Shown in pieces: positions 36,801-49,400 of a stretch of 64,000 nt of DNA (its first letter is position 1; every line of letters starts with the position of its first letter). The stretch lies in contig NC_092677.1 in assembly GCF_964355755.1 (NCBI RefSeq), positions 17,630,101-17,694,100 of the forward strand. Direction: 5' to 3'. Position numbers and translations under genes: made by a program. The DNA comes from Antedon mediterranea (taxonomy: Eukaryota; Animalia; Echinodermata). The notes below the pieces were generated by a model. The model was not told where the DNA came from. It worked only from the letters and a program-made list of their open reading frames with translations, and searched no databases.

Positions 36801-39800
36801 GGTTCACTGAATTGTCTCAAAAAAGGCGTTTTACTGTTGAGGTTGATGAATTGTGAAAAATATATATCAGATGATATGGATGATGGCAATAAACTATGGC
36901 TAACTCCATGCCTAAACCAAATACCAAGGTAGTCGACATATGTACAACAAAATTACAAAATGTAATTTGTGTTACTAACCTATTGTAGGCCCTATCTGCA
37001 ATTAATAATGTTTGACAACAATTTATCTCATTGCCAAATTCTCACGAACACAAACAATTTTTCAACCCAGCAGATAGAAATTTATGGGATGCACAGGGTG
37101 GATTGTGTTTTTATTCATTTTTAGGACAGGATATGATAACCTAATATCACACCAAAGATTAAATTGCTTTATACACATTCTCTTCAGTTACTTTCCCATA
37201 CCCTTTACTGAACCTGTAAATATTTTGACCAAGCGGTTTGACCGTTTTTTCTTTGATTAAAGAGGAAAATATCTTTCAGTAAAGTGTTTCAAAAAGTAGA
37301 ATATCAACATTATAAGTAGAATATAAACATTAATCAATTTACTTTTTTTTAAAGCAAAATTAGGTCTTGGTATGCACAAATAACACACCTTAAATTATGA
37401 TAAAAAGTTTATAATAATTTGAATATCTACAAAATACAACTTAAAAATATCTGTATGGCAAACATAATTGAAAATTCTAACAAGTATTACACTTCTTAAA
37501 AATATCTGTACAACAAACACAGCTTGAAGTTTTAACAAATATAAAAACCTCTTCCATTAATAAACTATTAGCAATATAAATATATATATTTTTCTGATAA
37601 TCATTAGGCATGGTCTGAAGTATATACCTAATAATAATGCCCAAAAATTTAGGACGATATCAAGCAAACAAAATCAAATAAACAAACCAAGTACTATACT
37701 TGTCAACATTTTAATTACTAATAAGAATTTATAGTCTAGTATGACATATATATTCTTTCATCAAGATAATTCTATCAATTATTTGATAAACTTTAAATAT
37801 TGTTTTTGCTTCCCACTGTGGATGTGTATAGAACAGAACCCTGATTAAGGGGACACATTCACAACCCAACAAAGTGTCCCTTTAATTGTAATTAATAATC
37901 GTCCTTTTTTCTTATTTTTTTTGTAACCAATCAACTTGTTTCTTTTTTTATCTATGTTATGTACTGTAATAAGTGTACTTTAGACGCCCATACCTGCTGT
38001 GCAATATGTCACAACACTGCTCTCACTAACTGTTTTTCTTCTAACCCTTACAACCCCTACTACTGTTATAAATGCTTAAGCAATCTACTTCCTTTCAACC
38101 ACATCGATGACGACGAAGAATTCCAACATGAAATAAGCCAACTTAATCACGACCAATTAATTAATTTCTCAAAATTAAAACACCAGATTTACTAATGATA
38201 ACAAATTCAGTATAATACACATGAATTCCCGTAGCCTAACCAAAAATATTGATTCTATAACTCACTATCTTTACACTCTTAATCATAAATTTTCAATAAT
38301 AGGATTCAGTGAAACCTGGTTCAATAATAACAATGCTCCTCCTCCACTTACTAACATCCAAGGATATACAATGGCCCAATCCGACCGCACAGGAAAGAAA
38401 GGCGGAGGAGTTACCTTGTACATTTCGAATGATCTAAAATTTAAGATCAGACATGATATCAACCTGACCTCTAACCAACCATGCGAATCACTTTTTATAG
38501 AAATCGATACTCTATACACTATTGTAGGAATCGTTTATAGATCGCCCAACAGCTCAAATCATACATTCAACAACAACCTATCTACCTCAATTGATACCTT
38601 GTCTAAAGAGAATAAACATTTGTTCATTTGTGGAGATTTTAATCTTGATCTTTTAAATTCTTCAACCCACGGACCCACCAATGACTTTCTGAATACAATG
38701 TACGCTGCCTCTCTCTATCCTCTTATTGACAAACCTACAAGAATTACGACCAAATCATCCACCCTCATCGACAACATTTTCACTAACGTAATAAAACACA
38801 ACATCACTCCAGGAGTTCTTTTCAACGACATAACTGATCACTTTCCTGTATTTCTTCTATTGAACACATCAAATGAACCCACAACCAATGCTAAAGAAAA
38901 CTTCTACTCAAGAAAAAACAATGCCAAATCAATTGCATCACTAGGAATTTATCTAATGACCACTGAATGGAATGAAATATACCAGCATAACTCAGCAAAT
39001 GAGTCTTTTAATTTATTTAGTAACAAATTTTCAATCTTATATAACAAAAACATACCTAGAAAAAAGATTAAAATAAACAAACGAAAAATAGCAAAACCAT
39101 AGATAACAAAAGGAATTATTAAATCCATAAACACTCGAAACAAGTTGTACAAACAATATTTAAAATTACCAATCTCAAAGAACAAAATAAAGTACATAGA
39201 CTATAGAAACAAACTAACCAAACTTATAAAAATATCACGCAAACAACACTTCAATTTGTGATCCGAATCAAACCGGAAAATCCACTTCAATATTTGAGCA
39301 CATTATAGACAACGATTTGGACATTTTTGCGCTAACTGAGACATGGTTGCGTGATGATGACTCAATTTCTGCTGGCTGCATAACTCCAGATGGTTACATG
39401 TTTAACCATGTTCCTAGAACATATGGTCGTCATGGGGGAGTCGCCCTTATGTACAAAGCTGGTCTAAAAACACGCTCTCTGGACTTACCTGACTGTAGTA
39501 CTTTTGAATCGTTGGGAATTCCATTTAGTAACGGAACACTGCGAATTATAGTTATCTATCGTCCTCCTCCTAGCAAGAAAAATGGTTTCACCGTCTCACA
39601 TTTCTTCAATGAGTTCTCTAACATGCTTGATACCATTGCATTAGTACATTCCGACTTGCTCATTGCCGGGGATTTCAACTTTCACCGTGACAAATTGTTA
39701 TTCTAGTTTTACTAGACTTATCGGCTGCTTTTGACACAGTAGATCACTCACTGCTTCTTTATAGATTGTCACATGATATTGGGGTAAGAGATCAAGCATT

Positions 39801-42800
39801 GTCTTGGTTCACATCATATCTAAGGAACAGAACCCAGGCCGTCTGCATTGGTGATGTTTCATCAGATGACCTTCCTCTATTATGTGGCGTCCCACAAGGT
39901 TCGGTGCTTGGACCACAGCTGATTTCCATCTATGTTGCCCCAGTTGCTGAAATAATACGAAGACACGGATTATGTCATCATTTCTATGCAGATGATATAC
40001 AAATCTACGTTTCTGTCAAGCCTTGCCAGACCAAGTTTCTGTCCGCCGTAAAACGGTTAGAAGCATGCACTGCTGAGATTAGAAAATGGATGGGCTCCAA
40101 CTTCCTCAAGCTAAATGATAAAAAGACCGAGGTGATCCTATTTGGTTCTGTTCAGCAGAGAAAAAAGATCCGGTTTGATGGCCTACATATTGGTGGCGTA
40201 CTAGTCAATCCATCATCAGAAGTTCGTAACCTTGGTGTACAACTTGATTGTAAAATGACCATGGAATCACATATCAACAAAATCTGCCGATCTGCTATTT
40301 TCCATTTATGTAACATCGCCAAGATCAGACGTTACTTGAACCATTGTGCAACAGAGCAGATTGTACATGCTTTTGTTACCAGTCGGCTTGATATGGGAAA
40401 TTCCCTGCTGTATGGTCTGCCAAAGAAGCAGTTGCGGACTCTCCAGAAGGTGCAAAATTGGGCAGCTCGCTTGGTGATGTGTGCCAAGAAGTATGATCAC
40501 GTCACACCATTGTTCAAAGAGTTAAATTGGCTACCCATGGAGTCACGTGTTAAATTTAAGATCCTGCTGCTGGTGTTCCGATGCCTAAATAGTTGCACTC
40601 CAAAATATCTCTCAGAATTGTTGACAGTCAAGAAGGGAAAGCGAGAACTAAGATCTAGTCATCAGGTGCTACTGGACATTCCAAGGAGCAAACATAGTTG
40701 GGGAGATCGGACTTTCAGTGTTGCTGGACCTAGGCTCTGGAACCACCTACCCTTGAACATTAAACATGCATCATTATTGAGTCACTTTAAGTCACTACTC
40801 AAAACTCACCTTTTCTGATTTTTTACAGCGCTATGAGCAATGAATGTTAGAATGGCGCTATATAAATCGAACGATTGATTGATTGACTTCTCAAACAAAT
40901 TTAACAGCTACAAAGACAACATTAAAAAAACATGGCAATCAATCAACAACGCACTTGGCAAAAACACAACTAAAAATATACCTAATTTCTTTAATGACAA
41001 TGACTAAAAAATCACCGACCCCGTAGATATTGCTACCAATTTTAACTGATTCTTTGCAGAAATAGGTCCTACGTATGCCTCCAACATTCAATCATCTTCC
41101 GGGAGCCATTCTGATTTTCTAAAAGACCCTATTAAAAACTCTATTTTTTTCGCTCCTACTTCTAAAAAAGAAATTATTGACATAACCTCAAAATTAAAAA
41201 ACGGTAAAAGTCCAGGTCTTGACGATATCTCTCCAAAAGTAGTTAAAGACATTGCACCTCTAATTTCGGAACCGTTAACATACATCTTCAATCTGTGCTT
41301 GTCTACCGGAAAATTCCCTACAGCCTTAAAAACTTCAAAAACTATCCCAATTTATAAAAAAGGAAACCCTCACTCCTTTGTAAACTATCGTTCCATCTTT
41401 CTACTATCGTGTTTTTCAAAAATAATCGAACGTCTTATATATAATAGACTTTTTAACTTTTTTTCTTATCACAATATTCTTCAAGACAACCAATATGGCT
41501 TCAGACCAAACTACTCCACTGATCTTGCCGTTCTCGATATCTTTAACAAAATCTCCTCTGCCCTCTCTGAACATCACCACACAATCGGCTTATTCCTTGA
41601 CCTTTCTAAAGCCTTCGACACAATTGATCATTCCATCTTACCATCTAAACTTTATCACTATGGTATTCGTGGGACTCCCTACTCTCTAATCTCTGACTAC
41701 CTCCAAAACCGAACCCAAATCACATCTTTTAATTCTCACTCCTCGTGCTGCCTTCCTATGGCGTCCCCCAAGGATCTATACTCGGACCTCTCCTTTTCCT
41801 CATTTACATCAATGATATCCAACAAACCTCAAGTTCTTTTTCTTATGTTCTTTTTGCCGACGATTCCAATATTTTCCTCTCTCATCCCGACCTTAACCAA
41901 TTAATTTCAACTTTTAATTCCGAAATTCACCACGTCTCAAACTGGTTCAAAACTAACAAACTCTCATTAAACATTGATAAAACTAACTTTATTCACTTCT
42001 CAAATAGTAAAAAATCAAAAGAAAACCCTATCGAAATATTCATAGACGATGTTTTAATCAAACAAGTTGATCATACCCAATTCCTTGGAGTGACAATTGA
42101 CAACAATCTGAACTGGAAGCGTCACATTAATACAATTTCCAACACAATCTCTCGATCTATAGGTATAATAAACAAACTCAAATTCACTTTCCCACAAAAC
42201 ATTTTACTTTCCCTTATCCTGCCACATCTTAATTATTGCAACATTGCTTGGGCTGTCACACATTCTAAACACCAAACACTTTGTCCATGGACTAGCACAG
42301 AAACAACAAGGTCAAAGGTAAAAATATTAGCAAATAAAAACTTGCGCGTTTCAAGGTCATGTGTGTGAAATTGCGCTTTAAAAATTTAAGAAGCTCAAAA
42401 TTAAGTTTTGATCAATTTAGAATATCAATTGGGCCATTTACGTGTTTCAAAAAATTACTGAGCAAAAATTTGTTGTATAAATCGCATTCTACTCACAATT
42501 CTTAGTAGATTTACAGTATTTGAGTCAATTCCGACCTAAAATAACGCTATACGAGCATGTTAAAAATGACAAAATTCATTGCACAAAAGTGCTGAAAATG
42601 GTAAAAAATAAGGCAATTTTAAAATGAAAATATTTCTTCAGAATGCACGATGACCCCTAATTTTTTTAACTTATTCTGGAAGCCATTGAGTTGTAGATAT
42701 AAATTCATTCACACATTTGGCAGACAAAATGTTGTGACGTCATCAAATGGCCACTTCAATTTAAAAATTAGGAATTTTCATCTTTTTTTGTAGGTTCACA

Positions 42801-45800
42801 TTCAATAGAGCGCATCTCCATTATTTGAGCCCTATTTTCGCACAAATTTCAGTATGTGCTTGCTAAATTAATTATCTTTATCATGACTTGCTACTATTTT
42901 AATTTTGATGACGTCATCACACGTAAAAACTTGAATAACGTAGGTTGTGTACTTTGACCTTCAGCGTATATTTAAATATCTCACATCTTTTCAGAATTAA
43001 AGGTGACCTTGTTGATTATAATTGATTATGAAAGCTGATGAAATGTAGATATAAATTCATATAAAAATTAAGCTTTTCGGATGTTGTGACGTTATGATAT
43101 GGCCAGTTGAATTTAAAAAGTAATTTTTTCATCTCTTTCTTCTAATTTATAAAAATTTCAAAGAGCGTGCATTGCGTATCTACATGCCAAATTTTCTTCC
43201 AAATCTTATATTTTGTTGCTCAATTTATTATCTTTTGATATTGTTATTCACAAGTTTATTTTGATAATATTATCAATGCCAAAAAATAAGAACATGATGT
43301 GTGCCCGTAATTTCACCAATGCTTCACTGTATATAGATATACAGTATATACTGTACATAATGCATATGGCATAGGTACAACTCAGCACTATAAGCGTATA
43401 ATAAAATCACATAGGCCTACATCAACAATTTCCAATTGTATGTTAACATACGTGCATGTTTCAAAATATTAATTTCAATAAAATGATAAAAATGATCACC
43501 TATAATTCGTTAAAGTGACGAATTAAATTCTAGTTTTTTCTTATTCTTGTTATTTATTTATTCATATTTTATTTTCATTTATTTATTTATTGACTACTTT
43601 TGAAACATTTATTATATATACTTTTTGAATTATTTTTTTCTGGTGGAACTAGCCTTAAAGCCCTCTGGGCTTATTTATGTTTCTCCAGCATAAGTGCATT
43701 CTAATTTAAAAAAAAAACACACTGTAATATTATTTCACAATGATGTATCTTATGAAAATAAATTGAATTGAATTGAATAGGGTTCACTGAATTGTCTCAA
43801 AAAAGGAGTTTTACTGTTGAGGTTGATGAATGTTGAAAAATATATATCAGATGATATGGATGATGGCAATTGCACACCTAAACTATGGCTAACTCCATGC
43901 CTAAACCAAATACCAAGGTAGTCGACATATGTACAACAAAATTACAAAATGTAATTTGTGTTACTACCTATTGTAGGCCCTATCTGCAATTAATAATGTT
44001 TGACAACAATTTATCTCATTGCCAAATTCTCACGAACACAAGCAATTTTTCAACCCAGCAGATAGAAATTTATGGGATGCACAGGGTGGATTGTGTTTTT
44101 ATTCATTTTTACAACAGGATATGATAACCTAATATCACACCAAAGATTAAATTGCTTTATACACATTCTCTTCAGTTACTTTCCCATACCCTTCACTGAA
44201 CCTGTAAATATTTTGACCAAGCGGTTTGACCGTTTTTTCTTTGATTAAAGAGGAAAATATCTTTCAGTGAAGTGTTTCAAAAAGTAGAATATCAACATTA
44301 TAAGTAGAATATAAACATTAATCAATTTACTTTTTTTTAAAGCAAAAGTAGGTCTTGGTATGCACAAATAACACACCTTAAATTATGATAAAAAGTTTAT
44401 AATAATTTGAATATCCACAAAATACAACTTAAAAATATCTGTATGGCAAACATAATTGAAAATTCTAACAAGTATTACACTTCTTAAAAATATCTGTACG
44501 ACAAACACAGCTTAAAGTTTTAACAAATATAAAAACCTCTTCCATTAATAAACTATTAGCAGTATTTGTTTTATTTGACTAACCAATATAAACAGACGAA
44601 ACTGCATAATTTTTGATGATTTAAAAAAAAGTTTTTTAGGCCTATGTTATAAATATTTATAACACATTTAAATATAATGTAACTTATTTTCTAAAATAAT
44701 AATTTTAAAATATAAGAAAAGATTAAAATTATTACATTTAATGAATTATTTGCAGGGATTGCAATGAAAGCAAAATTTGAGGTCAGTTAATAATAAAACT
44801 GAAAAAGGTGAGGAATAAACTTACCTGTGGAAGGGTCTTTGAAATAGTCTAAAAGAAAAATGCAATGAAATGGGAAAAAATTAGCCAAAGTGTAAGGTGC
44901 ATCAAATAAACATGCAAATTATTAAATATGACTAAACGAATATAAGCACACCCCTTTGAGGGAACACTAAAGAAATGATTAATGAAATCAGACTTTTAAT
45001 AACCTATTTTGCAGTTTTAGTAAAGTTATTCACTTCTGTAGGGTAAAAAACAACCAAAAACAATCATTCACTTACAAATAAATAGTTAAATTCAATTTCT
45101 GACGGACAATTTGAATATTTTTGTTTTTTATCCAATTTTTGTTCAAAGTGAATAACTACTATGTGACATTAAAATAGCATATTAGTTAATTTTTACTTTA
45201 GGGGACAATATATCTTTAAATTGATTGGTTTTTATAGTCAACAAAACAAATTAAAAAAGAAATTGTGTTATGTTAGTAATAAATAACAAAAAGAGGATAA
45301 AAATAATAAAAATGTTTAAAGATATTTTCAGTTAGATACATTACCCACATTTATAGTTGATTCATTTCGTTGTCTTGTTTTTAAAAATTTTAATTTCAAA
45401 GACACAAATAATACTGTTAATTAGTATTTATTTCAAAGTACTATAATACAACATTTTAAGAAAAAAACCACAAATTTGTATACAATTTTTAAACATTTTT
45501 AAAGTGTTTTTGATACATCTTGGTTTGTTGATTTTCAATTTTATTATTATGTGTAGGGAATTTCCAATTATTTTGTTTTGCCATGTTATGGACCACAATT
45601 AAGTGTTTTACTTTTTGGGAAATCCATTTAACTTGAATCTTACTGTTTTACTGAATTATTGATTAATTAAATAAATTCCTACTATACCATATTACTTTAT
45701 TAATGTTTAATTCACTGTACCTATTTCACACAAACACCTTTAAAACTGGGAACAAAATTTAAACTAAACTAAAACAATAGTAAAATAATTAAATGTATTA

Positions 45801-46353
45801 CTTTCAGTTAAATGGACGTAAATTTAACTAAAACAATTACAATTATTTATCATACATTTAAAGTATAGAAAAAAAAATTATAATTTTGTGCCCGATTTTA
45901 GAGTGACCAAGGGATTATTCAGCCGTAATCGGTAATATACCCTATATATTATTAAAACTGTAATTTAATGCAAAACAAACAAACATATATATATATATAT
46001 ATATATAAATCAATGATGTTGCGTAGCACTGTGTAAATTATATATAAATCATACTGTAAATTATAGAAACAGTGCTCATATTCGGAACATGATCTCATAA
46101 TCGCGTCGAGAATGTATCTGGTGGGTGAAAATCTGTGATAATACCATACATGGCTCTGTGGTCTAGTGGTATGATACTCGCCCTGTAAGCGAGAGGTTGC
46201 AGGTTCGAATCCAGCCAGAGACATTTTTTCATACAACTAAAAAATACGGAACTTTCGCCAATGAGCTATGCTCGACGCGATTATGAGATCATGTTCCGAA
46301 TATGAGCACTGTTTCTATAATTTACAGTATGATTTATATATATATATATATAT

Positions 46354-46419
<66 letters not shown>

Positions 46420-49400
46420 TATTTATAGAGATGCGTTGAGGCAGCAAAAGTGCTCAATTGAAATCAAGAGCGAATATATATCTATGAATTAGATAGAACA
46501 CGGGCGTCTATTACACGGTGTTTCACGTTAAACGATCTTCAGATAGACTGAACAATACCGTATCTCGAGGTGTTATAAGGCTTTAGTCAGGTGGTATGTA
46601 AATTTTCTTGTTATGACGACATTTTGAAATCAGTTCAGACCTTTTGTTTAACAGATTTGTTTTGTTTGCATTTAGAATACATAGCTTTTCATCTACACAA
46701 AGACTACAACGCCCATAAGCGGCGTTCTTAGTGGAGGAATATTTAATTACTTTCCATTTAATATAGTATATATATATAATATATTTCTATATTTAAAAAA
46801 ATTGTATTTAACAAAATAGTAAAAATCCAGGAAAAAGTACAAATATAATCTTAAACGTCAAAATATGATTGGATGAAAGCTATTAGGAATTTTTGTTTTT
46901 AAATGAACAAAAAATGCTTGTTATTAAAAATAGAAAATTTACTAAACTTAACTTTATTATTTTAGTAATCTTTAAATATTGAATCATATCAAAGTAGCAA
47001 GTATTAATTTAATAAATAAAAATATTATAATTAAAAATTAAAAGATTAAAATTGTGTTATTGTTTTGAGTTATTCTTTATTTTATCTGATGATATATTTT
47101 GTATCTTATATTTGTTAAAATATTAAAATCATATCACAATGTTGTGCATTTCATTGCTTGGAATAAATATGCATTATACTTTTGTAAAGACCATTTTATC
47201 AAAACATGAGAATAATGGTTAAATATCACAATTTTAGTTTGTTGAAAATTAGCTAATATCTAATAATAAAAATATACTGTAAAAAAAAGTTTAACTATTT
47301 CGAGAAACTTCTATGTAAAAATGTAAAGGTACCAATTATATTATTTCGACTCGGCTAAAAAAATACTTTTTACACAACTTGGAACCTCTAGAATTTAGAT
47401 CAGGGCAAGAAGGGGTACATACTGTTTTGTCTGGAATAGGATCAACAACCTTGTGCTATTTAATGAATTATCTTCATCATCCCATTTGTATAAATAAAAT
47501 TTTTAGTAATATTATAAAGTAAATAACCTGGATTATGATTTTAATACATAAATATACTTTAAGATGTAAAATTAATGTTATATTCGATTTATATTCTTAA
47601 ATTTAATATTTATTAATTATGTAGTATTCAACAAATATAATAATTGAATGTTATTTTGGATTTTAATATTAGGTAATAACAATAGATTTATTGATGAATA
47701 TAAACAATGTATGTAATATGCTGGTACTAAAACACTTTCAAATTCATGCTATAGTAAAACAGCCATTAAAATAATTATGTTATGTTGAATAAACCTATTC
47801 AAAACTATATACGACCAATTGAGATGCTGTGTTGAGGCAACACATTTTGCAAAATTAATCTTAAGCAGCTTATCAAACCTAAAAAAAATATTATTTTTAA
47901 ATATTTTTGGTAAACAACATGCATGCCAAGTAATTCTAATGTAAACTGTGTGGAATCAAGAGGCCCGACTACTACTAACTATATGAACTCGCTGCGATAA
48001 AATGATTAAGAATACTGGCTAAATGTATGATTTGTAATAACCTATTTAAAAAAGTAAAGGTAAATAACAAAGAAATAGATAGTATATATATATATATATA
48101 TTATATATTATATATATATATATTATATATTATATATATATATATATATTATATATTATATATATATATTATATATTATATATATATATATTCCTGTCCA
48201 CCCAGGCAGCACTTGCCAGCTTTATACTATGACGTTATCCAAATTCCTTCACTTGCACTGATGAAGGGCTAGTGTTGCCCGAAAGCTCTGCTAACTTTTC
48301 TGGCTGTTTACTTTATCGTTTTGATTTAGCTTTTCGCTTTTTATTTTTGTATCTCCATTGAGATCCAGCCACTGATACCCACAGCATTGTCATTTTTTTC
48401 AGTAATTTGCCTTTGGATTTATATATATATACATATATAATAATCAAGATCAAATAAGTTAAAACTGCCTCAATATAGGTTTATTTTTACGACATGTTTC
48501 GGGCATAGCCCATCATCAGGTGAAGAGAATTGTAACAAAGGATAACATATGTTAAAACATTTTATTTCGAAACCTGAGCTGCACTGACGAGATCTAATAA
48601 GATCGAAACAGTACTGTCTGCAGATTGGATATATATATATAGATATATATATAATATATTATAAAGGGCACGGATGAAGGGCTAGTGTTGCCGAAAGCTC
48701 TGCTAACTTTTCTGGCTGTTTTACTTATCGTTTTGATTTAGCTTTTCACTTTTTTTTTGTATCTCCATTGAGATCCAGCCACAACAACATTGTCATTTTT
48801 TCAGTAATTTGCCTTTGGATTAATATATTATAAAGAAATATATTAATTAATATTAAAAATGTTAACATGTTGGCCAAAATATTAAATCTAAATGCTAAAA
48901 ATAACTAATAAAAACGTAATAAAAGCACCAATATATAATATAATTTCATGCACAATATGCTTGGAAACAATAACAAATATGATATTTAAAAAAAAAAAAT
49001 ATTAATTTTAGCAAAAGCTTTGGATAGGCTCTTTAACACTGGATACCACATGCGTCATTCAGCAATAGAGGCCAGCATAACAGTATGACGATAATTCTGA
49101 TGTGGTATGTCATCTTCAACATGTTTATGCCACTGAGTAGCCAACTTCTTGTACGATGATCGTATTTCTAGAGGGCGTAGCAAGAAGAAAGATATTTCAA
49201 GTTTCGTGATCAAGAAATACCAATACAATTTTAAAAATTAGCTTTAAAAAATGAATAAAACATGCTTTGAAAAATGGAAAAAAAATTACTTAAAAGTTTT
49301 AGCCAGGTGTCTCAATTTGCATGATTTAACTATGATTTGCATTTTTACAGGTGCATATGGTAAAATTAGAGGAATGCATTATGATTAATTATAAATTAAT

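Larger units (their letters stand above)
37887..43775 (+). mobile_element. Degenerate CR1/L2-group LINE (Crack/Daphne-like)
   Basis: Cys-rich N-terminus (YYCYKCLSNLLPF), APE endonuclease (GFSETW, GDFN, TDHFP), RT (QYGFR, DLSKAFDT, GVPQGS, FADD), stops and frameshifts, (AATTG)n tail. Confidence 0.92.
36497..44560. repeat. ~1.08-kb tandem segmental duplication, second copy split by a LINE
   Basis: 36497-37572 matches 37583-37886 + 43779-44560. Confidence 0.9.

Noticed and set aside
46152-46223. Canonical functional tRNA-Thr(TGT)
   Set aside because: Pro-like body, C33, mismatches in acceptor and T stems, located inside an inverted-repeat element; kept only as tRNA-like
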